A stretch of DNA of 61,054 nt, counting the filler, from Sphacelaria rigidula (Eukaryota): assembly GCA_964200075.2 (NCBI GenBank). It is 7 parts of 7 records of this genome, joined end to end, with 100 filler letters (N's around TTAATTAATTAA, not from the genome) between each part and the next. Parts side by side here need not be neighbours in the genome. Positions count along the whole stretch, not along the records: positions 34,947 to 43,582 come from CAXNAA020010522.1; positions 43,683 to 52,318 come from CAXNAA020010523.1; 5 more parts are not named here. The stretch is one strand, 5' to 3'. This document shows positions 36,312-49,004 of this stretch, one piece after another. Position numbers and translations under genes: made by a program. The notes under the pieces are model-generated. The model was not told the DNA's origin. It was given only the letters and a program-made list of their open reading frames with translations, and did not search any database. The number at the start of each line of letters is the position of its first letter. The first letter of the stretch is position 1.

Positions 36312-39300
36312 CTGAGTCGACAAAACACAGGGATAACACACGTGTAAGGAGGAGGTGAGGCATGCAAAAAGTCAGTGTTGAGCCAAGGGTCTGCCCGAAG
36401 ATTTTTTCTAGAAATGTATGCCCCAAGATCGAAAAAATGAATTTTTGAGGGGGGGGCTGGGGGGCTGGGGGGCTGGGGGGCTGAGGGCGAGGGGGGGGGG
36501 GGTTACCCAGCCTGTTATACCCTAGTTTATGGCCGTGGCGTTGGTGGATGCGGTCAGCTGCTGTGTACACAGTCCTTGGCATGGCGACTGCTGAGATGGC
36601 GGACACGCTGCCCCCCTAAGCTCATCTTCAGCAGCTCAATGTACCATGGTTAGATTCATGGGACCGTGTTCCGGGTCGAATGCCTCGAGTACCGACCAGC
36701 AGCCCGGGCGAGCTTGGCAAGGCGTGAGACAATGTCGCTACTTTGGCTACAGGCCGTCGCTACCGTGCGCTTGTGTGCATACACGTGTGTGAGCGTGGCC
36801 GGCATCCGAGGTCATCGGGACAGAGCGAGCAAGGAGTAGAAGCAAATATACGAAAGTCGCGAGGCCCACGAGACTTTTCGGCTTTGGTCAGTGTTTCTTG
36901 ATCACTTCCTTCGGCGTTATTCAACGAAACAAAATCACAAATAATCATGACATTTTCGAAAAATTACCCTCCGGGAGGCGGGGGAGGATACGTCTCTCCA
37001 GATTTTTTCTTCCGGTAGACCCTTGGTTGAGCTGCTGGATATACACGTGGTACTTATTCGCAGGTTAGCCAGCTAACTTGAGGTGAAGTGAACGTCATCC
37101 ACATTCTCTCTTCAAGACATGGCGAGATGAGTTAGATACTGGATCAGGCCTATGTACTTATTCGTTATATATACTGCAGTACCATTGCGAGCAAGCCACC
37201 ATCTCCGTCTTGCTAAGGGCGAGGACGATAGTGCTACATATGAGTTTATAGCCTGCCTTCGCCGGACGTGCATCGCATGGGATAGTAGCTGGTACTCAAA
37301 ACCGCGGTTTTGCGGTATCTGAGTCAGGCTCAAAGGATGTGCCCAGCCATCAACAACAGTCCATCACCTCGCAGTGAAAAAAATGTGCGGTCACCTGAAC
37401 ACCAACGAAGTTGAGTCTTGTCATCGCCGCGAAAAACTGGTTGTAATCAATACGCCCGGTCTCTTCAACGTCGAAATACTTGAAGACCTGAACGAGGACG
37501 ACGGAAGGGAAGGCAGGGGATGCGTGTTGTTGGGTCGTTTACAACAAGACCAGCTTGGCAACTGATTGCATATGGCGTCGTCTGTGGTGAGCGCGTTGTT
37601 GTTGCCTATATAACGCGTAGAGCACACCGAGCAGATGGAAATCCCTACTTCTTTTGTGGTCGTTTTTGCCAATGTCGCCTATATGAGGCGCTTCATGTAG
37701 TCTGAAACCCGCTATCATGCGCTGTATGGCCATTTTCTTCGTGACAGGTTTGGGGCGGGTTAGCGGGGGGGAGGGGGGGGCGTATCGCGGCATCACTCGT
37801 AGGGTTGGTGAAGCTCCACTCAACAACAGCAAGTGGAACCAAATAATTTGTTTCGTCAATGCACACACCAGCGGTTGGTGATCCAATGTGCCCAGCTGTT
37901 GCCTGTGGTGGAACACTATGCGGCAAACAATTTCACTTAACTACTACATCTTATGCTCTTCCACGGCAAGGTTAACATGATGCGTGCAGCGTGCACTACG
38001 GCAGTGTAGTACATGTAGCATCATAACACCATTTATTCGTCGTGCGTTATTGGACTGGGTTCACCTTCTCGAGGGCACGGGTTTTACCCTCGACATCCGA
38101 AAACCCGGTCATGGTATCGATCTTTGCACGCATTTTCTCTTCCAAAAGGTCCACCCGGTCCTCTGATATGCGAGCCATTATAAGCTATTACTCTAGTGCA
38201 TATCGATTAGCACGCGACGTAGGTATGATGAAGGTGACGACAAGTGGTACTGACGATCCTCCACGAGTGTAGACAACGACGCGCCGAGGATTTCGTCCCT
38301 TCGAGGCGTTTAGGCGAAAAGTGACGGTTTCATGCCTCGTAATGACGAATGGCCATCATCCATCATTTTCGCGCTTCACCGGCCGTGCGTACTCCTGTTG
38401 AGCCTTTCATAACCATAAGTACATTCAATAGTCAATGTTTCTGGCTATGTTTTCCCTGCTCTTGGACAGTTCGAGCCATGCATCTTTCTACCGATATATT
38501 ACCCCCTCGTCTTACGAGTATGTTAGGATGTTTCTACGACAATCGGGTCTGAGAATTTACATTACCACTGCTCCAGCAGCCCCAGACGATCCGCGAGGAC
38601 TGAAAGCTTGACTGGAAGCTGTGCGATGCTAACTACTTCGAGAGGGCTCTCAGGTGTGGCTCCGTGAATTTTGCGCTGCTGCAAAGGTTTACAGTTGGCG
38701 TTGTTGCATTGTACTCGCCACAGGATCCACTGTCCGGGCTGTGTTCTGTACACAAACAACTACAACTTGTACTCGGATTGACGTTACACTACTCACCTCT
38801 CTCCTATCTTCTGCTGACAGCAGTGCACTGCTCTTGGGCCGACTATTCATGTCGAGGATCGCTTTGTGTTTTAGGACGACGCACGTTGTTGCGCCTTCCG
38901 TGATCATATGTATTGAATCAAGCATGGTGCGAGCAGAGTCGATGAACGTACATCGATTTAGCAGTCATTGGGTCTTGGCATATTGGTGGTCTCTTTGGGG
39001 GGTGTTCTGTTCCATATGTACAGTACAATTGTGCCGTTAAATACTACTGTTGTGCGAGGAGGAGCGAAACGAGCTCCGCCTACGCACCTGCGGCACCCTG
39101 AATTCATATCGAAAGACTGTAAGTCCTTCTTTCCCCAAGAAGGCAGCGTGTGTCCCGGCATCATACCCGTGAGAAGAGCATGTCTACAAGCGGAGGGCAC
39201 TTCACACATTCGGTATTTCGATGAGGTGATTCCGCACCCGAAACTGCCAATTTCAAATGGATGTTGAAACTACTGTACGGTCCATACGCCGTGCCAGAAG

Positions 39301-39338
39301 AGGCTCTAAGGTTACCCCGTATCTTGTTCTCTGGTGAA

Positions 39339-40345
39339 TGTCAAGATATCGGTTGACTGCTGAGCTAGTCAGCCAGCGCTGGCTGACTAGGTCAGCAGTC
39401 AACCGGTATCTTCACAAAAAGCTAAGTTCGGTGGGTCCGCCGCATGACCCCGAGCACTCACACCCCAGAGTTGCTATCCTTGTAACCAACGCTGTTAAGT
39501 TCAACCGGTAGACGTCGATCGCACCCGGTGCTCAACATCGAGTCCAAGTTCTTTGGCTTATTTTTTCTCTCGACCGCACCCATCGCTGGCTGACTAGGTC
39601 AGCAGTCAACCGGTATCTTGGCAAAAAGCTAAGTTCGGTGGGTCCGTCGCATGACCCCGAGCACTCTCACTCCAGAGTTGCTATCCTTGTAACCAACGCT
39701 GTTAAGTTCAACCGGTAGACCTCGACCGCACCCAGTGCTCAACATCGAGTCCAGGTTATCTGGCTTGTCTTTTCTCTCGACCGCACCCATCGCTGGCTGA
39801 CTAGGTCAGCAGTCAACCGGTATCTTGACAAGAAGCTAAGTTCGGTGGGTCCGTCGCATGACCCCGTGCACTCACGCCCCAGGGTTGCTACCCCTGTAAC
39901 CAACGCTGTTAAGTTCAACCGGTAGACGTCGATCGCACCCGGTGCTCAAAATCGAGGTCAAGTTTCCTGGCTTGTCTTTTTTTTCGACCGCAATGTCAAG
40001 ATACCGATTGACTGCTGAACAGCCAGCAACCGGTATCTTGACAAAAGCTAGGTTCTCGGGTTCGATTCACTGTGCAAGCAGAAATATTCTTCGATGTCGT
40101 GTGGGTGCGGTCAAGAGAAAAGACAAGCCAGAGAAATTGACTTCGATGTTGAGCACCGGGTGCGATCGACGTCTACCGGTTGAACTCAACAGCGTTGATT
40201 ACAGGGATAACAACCCTGGAGTGTGAGTGCTCGGGTTCATGCGACGGACCCGCCGAACTTAGCTTTTTGTCGAGAAATCGGCTGACTGCTGAGCTAGACA
40301 GCTAGCGTTGGCTGACTAGGTCAGCAGTCAACCGGTATCTTAACA
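39339..40345. mobile_element. Foldback-like non-autonomous element with 78-bp terminal palindromes and a tandemly triplicated 207-bp arm
   Basis: Palindromes at 39339-39416 and 40268-40345. 207-bp units start at 39377, 39584 and 39791. An inverted copy of the unit lies at ~40100-40305. Confidence 0.85.
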
Positions 40346-40485
40346 GTAAGCACCCTCCTCCTCGCTGGCGTGTGCAGTGGGAGTAGTATCGTGCTGTGCA
40401 GTGCAGTGCTGTGGGCATTCGTGCGTTTTTTTCTCCTTCCAAACGTTCCGCTCATAAAAATTTCATTTTTATTGTCATGTGACTT

Positions 40486-40850
40486 GTGTGTTTGTGTGTT
40501 TGTGTGTTGTGTGTTGTCATCCCGTCTATTCTGGACGCCAATCTAAACCTTTCGGTATGTGTGGGCGCATCAGACCACAGGAGGAGGGTCAAGTCAGGAT
40601 TTTTTGTTTTTCAGCACTCCACCTTCTTTCTGCGGTGCTTGCCTTTCTTTTTATCGCGAGAAGGGTTCGGTGGTCCCTTTCCCTCGTCGGCTGTGAAGTC
40701 GACGTTTGTGTACCCACGACATGGTCGCTCTCCACAGTTGGGGATTATGTGGGAAGAACTCCCAGATCGTGTGTCTTTACTCGTACTGAGATTCAAATCC
40801 ATGTCCCAACCTTCAGAAGATTTCAATGCTACCAGCTGAGTCACCGGGGC
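40486..40850 (-). mobile_element. tRNA-derived SINE (family S1), full length
   Basis: Reverse-complement homolog of 41349-41728 with a degenerate (CA)n-type tail. Confidence 0.85.
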
Positions 40851-41348
40851 AACGTGTACTCGGCCAGAATAGAGAGTCTCGGGGGGGAAAGTCTGAACTC
40901 AGGGATAAGCGAAAAATGGATGGATTGTTTACGCCTGAACCCCAGGATTGTTTTTATTTTTTCACCAGGTAGATGTGGATCGTAGCCAACTTTTCAGGGT
41001 TTCGTATCTTCTGCTCCGAATGCCACGTGGTCAGTATCATGAGTTGAAGAGGTACAAGTCGCGCCGTGCTGTCCTGCATGGGTACTCTTAAGCCGGTCGC
41101 CGCGGCAGCTCAGTTTTTTTTTTCCCTGACGGAAGGAGGAAATCCAACCCAACACCTACCTCGCAAAGCGAGTTCGTGTGCCGATTATCTGAAGGCTCGG
41201 CTAGACTGCCTCGCGGCAGTCATATGGGTAAGGCGCCTCGAGTGTTCGCAAGCTTTGCTCAAGGTAGTGTGGGGGATGCTCCCACTAAAAACCATTATCA
41301 AGTCGGCGCAGTGCACGCGCCGCCATACTCGTAGGAGTTTCGGCCTTA

Positions 41349-41728
41349 GGCCGGTGGCTCAGTTGGTGAGTTGGTAGCCTCGAAACCTTCTGACGGTCGG
41401 ATCGTGGGTTCGAATCTCGGTGCAGTTACACGATTTTGGGATTTTTCTCTCACCATGCCCAACAGTGGAGAGCGATCATGTCGTGGGTACACAAAAATCG
41501 ACGTAACTGTCGACGAGGGAAAGAGAGCGCTGAACCCCTCTCGCGATAAAAAATAAGGCAAGCACCGCATAAGGAAGGTGGAGTACTAGAACAAAACAGA
41601 AAATAAAAAGCTTCTGTGCGGGCCTTCCTCGTTGTGACCCCGGCTGATGCGCGTGCATATACCTAAAGGTGTAGACTGGTGTCCAGAAAAGATGAGATGA
41701 CAACACACACACACACACACACACACAC
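41349..41728 (+). mobile_element. tRNA-derived SINE (family S1), full length with (CA)n tail
   Basis: A box TGGCTCAGTTGG (41355-41366), B box GGTTCGAATC (41407-41416), a ~280-bp body and (CA)n at the 3' end. Three copies in the window. Confidence 0.88.
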
Positions 41729-42136
41729 TGCGCCTATCCATGCGGTGCTACCCGTACAGCGCGGAAGAGCATGTGTACGGTTGCCTGTACTGTCCCCGTA
41801 TCGTTGAATACGGGACAGCAGTGTCGTCAATACAGCCTTCGGGCACGAACCCGACACAGTACACGGCGTTGGGCACACAGGCAGCACACCTCGGCGCCCG
41901 CTAGTCGCTCACAAATCCTGTACCTGTCGGTGTGTGGCACAGCACTGGTACAAGTTGTGAGAACTGTATTGTTGCACTATCAGTTGTCTGTAAACAATTC
42001 TGTGCTCTCTGTAGTACAAATATTCTGTGCTGTCTGTAGGATAAGTGTACATATGCCTTTGTGTGTGCATGTGCATACATTGAGCAAATACGTTTATCCT
42101 CAGCAACATACACTACGCAGTAATCCTGGGTGCATG

Positions 42137-42399
42137 GAGGCGGACGGGGGACCCGAGACACCTGTCGACCTGGCTGAAGATGAAGCGGAAGGGCGGAAGT
42201 CGCCGTCTCATGCAGCCGCTTCATGGACATCGACAAAATGGCCACCCAACGGTGGTGTACCCGTGCGAGCTAACGCAAGTCTGACGTTAGCTGGTCATTT
42301 GGTAGATGTCTTCTTGGGCGCTGCATGAGTATCCGACTTCCGCCCTTCCGCTTCATATTCAGCCAGATCGACTGGTGTCTCGGCTCCCCCGTTCGCCTC
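42137..42399. repeat. Long imperfect inverted repeat (candidate hairpin/miRNA precursor)
   Basis: GAGGCGGACGGGGGACCCGAGACACCTGTCGACCTGGCTGAAGATGAAGCGGAAGGGCGGAAGTCG pairs with CGACTTCCGCCCTTCCGCTTCATATTCAGCCAGATCGACTGGTGTCTCGGCTCCCCCGTTCGCCTC. Arms are ~115 nt and the loop ~30 nt. Confidence 0.9.
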
Positions 42400-43582
42400 T
42401 AAGTCTTCCTCGTAGTCTTGGGTGACCCTCGTGAGCGAGCTGCCGTCACCAGCGCTGTCGCGGACGTCCACGGCATTCGCTATCCCCCCACGTGCGATGT
42501 TTGTCCTACGGCTGTGTTCTCCAACCTTGGTCGTTGTGGGACGGGTGTCTAGTTCCGTTTCCTAGCCCCAAGTCGGGCACCAATGCTTTGGGGTGGTTTA
42601 CAACTCAGGGATTATTTTCAATTTTTCGAATTAATCCTGAGTTGCCGCGACGTCTCTCCTCAGGATTTCGTTTTCGGGGTTCAAGTAGGGGAGTCATCAT
42701 ATCCTGGCCTTGAATCCCAACTTCATTAGTTATCCCTCAGTTCTTCTGGCCTATATTTCCCCCCGAAATCCTCTAATATCCAAGAACGTTGCAATAAGAC
42801 AGACAGAGCACAATTATACCGTGAGAGCACAAGTGCATGCAAGAATTAGCTGTAGAGGCAATCAACAATGCGACTACGGGGGTAGGTGTAACTTATTTCA
42901 TGCGGGTTTTGTTGGTATTTCGTGTGTTCCATTAGGGAGATGCTGTCTTGCGGTGACGCCTGACTTCTCCCACAGAAAAGATTGAAAAAAAGCATACTCT
43001 TTCGTGCTCTCCCAAAACACGAAAGTCGGACAAGCGTACGATGTTCCCAAATAATCGCAAATGTACCGTCCATTTGCGATGTCAGAAGCTGAGAGGCCAC
43101 CTGTAATTTTGTCCTCTTGCCAGCAAGGCCTGTTGTTTGGATACAAATGTGTGAAGACTCGAATCTGGGGAGTACAGCCCCATTGGATTGGATTTACAAA
43201 CCCCCGTCCTTCGAAGAGCGTTTTTCGGCTAGATGAGTGAACATCAGCCCAATCGTCCGATTGTGCGGACGGTAGCTCTTTTGACAGCCCAGGCGTGTGT
43301 CATTGAATCGGCAAAACATTCGCTTGGAAAACGACTGTTCTCGGGTGTCCACCTGCAGGCGTTTCAAGGACCAGCTTTTGATAGTTTATTATGATTCTGG
43401 TCAGATGTCTGATGTCTGTAGCTCCTTCTTGTATTCTCCTTCGTACCTTTATTGAAACCCCACCCCTTCCTTGGAGCGAGTCCATGGTGTTGAGGGATCA
43501 ACTTATCCCCCCCCCCCCGCCCTCCGTCTCGAAAGGGATGCGTGGTCAATGGTCAAACGACTAAGGCAAGCAACAAATGAGT

Positions 43583-43682
43583 NNNNNNNNNNNNNNNNNN
43601 NNNNNNNNNNNNNNNNNNNNNNNNNNTTAATTAATTAANNNNNNNNNNNNNNNNNNNNNNNNNNNNNNNNNNNNNNNNNNNN
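43583..43682. other. Artificial contig-joining spacer
   Basis: N44-TTAATTAATTAA-N44. Confidence 0.98.
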
Positions 43683-44959
43683 CACGCGTGTACTTTTTCC
43701 AAGTGAATATTGATGCCGATTCAGCAGGTGACCTACTCTCGCGGTCTAACGGGTAACTCCTGCTGCAGAGGTTTGAGAAGGAAGATACTTTCGCTCTGTG
43801 TTACTCTTTCGTATCTTCCCTGCAATAGAGAAATGGGACTTCAACCTCATTTTTTGTTTCAACTCCAAAAGTTAGGATCGGCTGTTATACGCTACTACAG
43901 CATCAGCCATCAAAACCAACGATCAACCACCACCAATGTAATAGATCGGTGGGCACACAGTTTGCACATGGCACAGTGGCACGTGCGATACTTGGTTGAA
44001 GGCGGAGTGGACACACTGTAGTGAGACAGAGTTACGGTTGGCTACTTGCACAAGGCAGAAGTTGAACGTAGTTCCGGCCAAATCGACGCGTGGTCGGGAA
44101 ACCAACAAAGTGCGTCACAATGGCACTCACGCGGATAGAAACAAGCGGGAACAGCATCAAGGGCAGCTATAGCAAATCGCTCAGCAGCTACAAGCAGTGT
44201 ACCAACGGAGGGGCAGATTCGTATCATTAATACGCGCAGCGGGGGCAAAGCACTGCAGTCTTCACCACAGTTGTGCAATGCAACCGAGCCCAGAGTGGGC
44301 TGAGGTCCACGGCAGTCAGAATAGACCAGGGGCGCCCCACTAGGTACAAGTGAAAAATACGCAGGAAAATGAAAACGAGTTACTCACTACAGCTGCAGAA
44401 AGACACAACGCCAAGCAACACAAAGACTTCCTAATCAAGCAGAACAAGGTCCGTTTATCGACGCCAATTGTCATAAAGAGTGGAGTAGCTAATGCACTGG
44501 CTGGGGTCTCTCAGTATGAGTGCCAGGAGATACCATGGTGCCAACCCACCAAGCTCCCACATGGGCAACTTCATAAGACCTAGCTTTCCTTCCTGTCTAT
44601 CACAAAGTAGATTCATCCATATTCAGACTCTTGATAAGGAACTCATGTGTTTGCTTAGCATCATATTTTATCTACAAGCCTCTCTTACTCAGTACAGCCA
44701 CAGGGCAGCCATAGGAGCAGAGCGTAGTGATGGCCCAGGGTAGAGACCAAGGCAAACCGGTAACTGATCAAAATGGGGCAACGCGGCCTGCGGCTGCGGA
44801 TGAACAACCCTAAGTAATGACAGTAGCAAACGCGATAACAACGCGTCACGGAATCCAGGGTATACGAGCAGACCCGCACAGAGTATATCTTGCAACACCT
44901 CTGAGCTTCATCACAGTGGGTCTCGCAACGACAAGTGGTCGATGGTAGAGCACTCTCGT

Positions 44960-45760
44960 CCAGCTTGTAATGCATGACCTCCTCACATCGGAATAATTCT
45001 GGAAAGCTACTCGTACTGTACCGAGCTAGGTGTCCACGCGACCAGCGTGTGCTCCAGGTTGCAGCATGGACAGACTCCTATGCGCCACACTAGCAACAGT
45101 TAGGTCTCCACCATACGTATCTTTTTTCACTCCGCATGTGAAAAAAGTCTCTACAGGTGTTTGATCTTTCATGTATCCCCCTCAACTGGCGTGTGGCAGG
45201 CTGTTCTCGTCGGGCATCCAGAGGGTCACATGTGGGTGAACTCAATGATGAATAACACACCCCAAGTTCAAATTGAACCTGTTTGTTTTGGCCGCACCAC
45301 CGCCGTTGCTGGCATGTGTGTGACAGAGAACAGTAGTAGCGATGACGGGAACATTGCTCTGTTTATCAACGACATCTTTTTCGGCGAACAGAGGCGCGTC
45401 CTGTCCAAGAGGAGAGGCAGAGAGAATCGATCTTTGCATTCATGAGCTCGACAGGCAATTGCAAGACGAGAGAAAATCTATCCGCAGCTCGATGTTTCAC
45501 CGCATGGAAAAATTGGGCATATGCTGGTAACATCGATGATATCAGTCTCTCGAGACTTTGGTGATCGCCGAGCGAGGACACAAAAAGGACACGGGCGAGG
45601 AGCTTCCTCTTTGTCGTTGCTTCTCTTTCTGGTGATATCGTCATCGACACGCGTGTACACCGCATTCGTTAGTTGCACCTAGCCACAGCTGCTTAACTGC
45701 TGTGGATATTCGCGGGGGAAGATGGCTCCGCTCGGTCGTAAGTGTTTCGCGTCTTCCCTG
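44960..45760. repeat. ~800-bp interspersed repeat; a reverse-orientation copy lies at ~57345-58196 on another contig
   Basis: Collinear reverse-complement matches, e.g. GCTGGCATGTGTGTGACAGAGAACAGTAGTAGCG, GGTGATCGCCGAGCGAGGACACA and CCAGCTTGTAATGCATGACCTCCTC. Confidence 0.88.
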
Positions 45761-45834
45761 GAGAAGAGAAATGTCACTTCAACATCATTTTGTGGAGGAA
45801 CCCCATTTTCTACGATACACTGTTATATTCAGAT

Positions 45835-48800
45835 GGATGTGAAAAGGCTCTGGCACATCAAAACCATGCCTGCTGCGGATAACGAAGATCCGGGCCACTT
45901 TACTTCTAACCTTATCACGTCGTTTCGCCGCACTGTCTGTAACATCCTTCACTTGGCGGATGTGACTGGCTCACAACGTTTCGAAGATTCCGACTGGGTA
46001 GGGGGCTGGCAGACTCCCTTGCACAAAGCATCACATCGATCCATCAGCCGCCGCTCTCCCGGCGTCGCTGCTTCTTTAACGCAGATTCTCGACGGCTTCC
46101 TCGCCGAAATGGATCCGGGCCGTGCCAAGGGGAAGACAGGCCCCGTACTACTCTCTAATTTGGAGAGGCGTGCCATGGGCTACTTCAACAAAAGTGACCA
46201 GGCCAACGCCATATAGAGGCTGAGTTCTTTTGTCGTCGCATCGGATGTCCCCTTCGCGGACGATCTCCGCGAATTTTAGCTTTTGGTTTCGGGTACTACG
46301 GGTGTTGGGCGTCAAAACGGACCGAGCGATGCAATGTGTTAGACGTACATTCGCAGTACCGTTGCTCAACAGTATCCGGCTCTGATGCCGTCGTTGTCTC
46401 CGGGAGTCTTGGCGCATCGCGAGGTGCCTTATGCCTCCGTTGATACTATGTGGTCTGCTTTTGTACACCAAGAGGGTAATCTAACGCCCACCATACGTGG
46501 CAAACCTTCAACGTCTGTGCGTTCACAACCTACGGTTGTGTCCTCCACTCATGCCCAAGGGGCTCGCGGCAGGAATTCGAGCTCGTCTCGCGCTTTATGG
46601 ACCCCCGGATCGATCGCCGGTTCAGTTATGCGTGTTCAGAGTACCAGAGATGTATTTAGCGCGAGTTTTGATGGTTGGCCGTTTTCCGAGGAAACTTGGG
46701 ATGATGTTGATTTGACTTCAACAACGGCACACACAACCGATGACCCCCATTTGTGGAACCCACTTCTTTCGTCTTACGCTAGACGCAATGCCTTCAGCAG
46801 TCATGCCAACAGTTGCACCAACTGTAGTGTTTAAGGCCACAGCATGCGCGACTACGACAGTGCATTCATTAATGCCTTTGATCTCATGAACCCTGAATTG
46901 CAGGACAATGAACCCCCGTGGCTACCGCCCACCTAATCAAAGTTACCGTGACAATTCGAACCAACGTGGCAACGAAAGCTCTAATCGCGGTCGCCGAAAA
47001 AACAACAGTCACCCAAGCCCTGACCAGAACGATCAAAACTCTCGCGACAACAAACGTCCTGCTGATGGACACCAGCGGACGGGACCGATACAAAGTTCAA
47101 TCCCAAGACCAGAAACCCTGGTACCTTCACTACGGATCGCCTAGATCCATGACATGCCAACACCGGCGTTCTTCGGTCTTCCACCCCGTCGGCAGCACGA
47201 GCGAGGACTTTCTCAACACAGCCCGCGGAGTCCGTGCCTAAAATAGCTCACTCGACTCCCCCGGCACTATCCAGGAGCGTAACTGACGGCCGTTCATATC
47301 GACCCCCGTCTCCAACCTCCACACACTTTCCAACACAGCCCGCGGAGCCCGCGACTAAGATTGCCCACCTGGCTCTCCCGGCACCAACAGAAGCCCAACT
47401 GGCTGCCGTTCATATCGACCCCCGTCTTCATCCCTCCTCACACCTCGTGGCAGTTCTGTCACCCCGCGACTCAGACATTCACCCGGCTTTGAACTTGACC
47501 CCTCAGTGCCGAAAACAAGTCTGAGGTGTGGGAAGACCAACCGCCAGTCCCTGAGGCAAATGCTTCCCTCAGCGACCGCACGCACAGGTAGTAGCAAGCC
47601 TTGTTCAGCTGACCCAAGTGTTGCTGATTTGAACTTGACCACGTCGGATCAAGTAATTCCCAATCAGTTGGTTCGAGCTCCTTCCCCGCGATTTTCAAGA
47701 CGCGCGGACCTACCTTCGGGTGGTTCTAATAACAACCGCCCCAACATATCTTCGGCTATGACCCAACAGCCAAGCTTGCCTACGGAAAGCAGCCCACAAG
47801 TTTCGCCCCGTCATGCCCCGATGCTGACCCCATCCACGCAACTGGACGCAGTTGTGGTTTCCTCTCAAAATATTTTGGAAGTTCCCCGACATTTGTCACG
47901 GCGAAAGAGAAAGTCCCGTAAGCGTGTCCCCAAGGACGCGCGAGCATCATTACGTACACCTCTTTCGAGCGGAAATCCTCGACCTCAATCTCTCCAAAAT
48001 GCGACGATTTTGAGTTCGACGGCTCTATCAAGTATCCCGGAAGAAACAAAATCAAATAATTCTGACGGCACTACTTCCTCAGTCGACGACTCCAGCCCCG
48101 CACATTCTGAATCCCCCTTGGATGATGATCCCTGTCAACCAAAGACGATCTTTTACGAAATCGCTAATGGTCACTCTGACTGTGCCACACCTGAAAAATA
48201 TACCGTCCACCCTCTTCTCTGGTGAGATATCTGACCCACCGGCAGATCACCCGCCGTGCGTTTTTGCTGTCAGCCCCGCTGATCCTGACCAATTCACTTT
48301 GCCGGAACACGGTCCGGATCTTGTCGGCGGTAAAGTGTCTGTAGATCCGACCACTTTCACTACACGCGATGCGATCCATTCCGGTCCAGACGCTATCACG
48401 CCTATGAAATGCGTATCCTTGTTGTACAGCGGCAGCCCGCAAACATTTATTCGAGAATCAACATGGAAACACATGAAACAGACTGGCGCTGCTACTGCAG
48501 CTTGCGAAATCACCACTAAACCTCGCGTGTGGGGCGGTTTCGGTCATTCTGCAGCACCACTGACGACACGTAAATCCGTCCGTCTCAGTATACAACTCTT
48601 TCACAACACCACTCGATCTGCCAGCCTGGCAGTCTGGGCATACATTGTCCCCGACAGCACAATGCATCACGCCATATTATTGGGCAGATATAGCTATATG
48701 CGGTTTAATAAACGCACCTACCGGACGCTTCCACCACTAACGCCACATTCCACGCCTCGTGGAGAATTCAACCTCGAATACTTTGGTACTCTCCACGGCG

Positions 48801-49004
48801 CCCTGGCCTACCAGAAGAATCCTCAAGCAACCGGAGCTGCTTACCACCTACGATACAACGGTAGAGTGGGTATAACACTATCCGACGACCCCCAACTTCT
48901 TGAAGTTGGACTAGTTCGCCGTAATGGCATGCCAGCACTTACGGGCCACTATCTTGCCGAAATATTACCCCATATTGGCGCACCAGCCGACACAGAACAT
49001 TCTG
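45835..49004 (+). mobile_element. Decayed Ty3/gypsy-like retrotransposon, gag and protease region
   Basis: Gag-like ORF pieces with in-frame stops. Degenerate zinc knuckle CTNCSV*GHSMRDY (~46814). Aspartic protease VSLLYSGSPQTFI (catalytic D replaced by Y, ~48410) with downstream AILLGR motif. Confidence 0.75.

Noticed and set aside
40140..40225. Short matches to LSU rRNA motifs (TCGATGTTG, AGGGATAACA) and to part of the I-SceI site
   Set aside because: The matches are very short, in the wrong order for rRNA, and lie inside a repeat arm.
41349..41430. Possible tRNA gene (also 32440-32511, 12050-12124 and 29820-29860)
   Set aside because: A and/or B boxes are present, but I could not fold a proper acceptor stem. 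The first three are attached to repeated SINE bodies.
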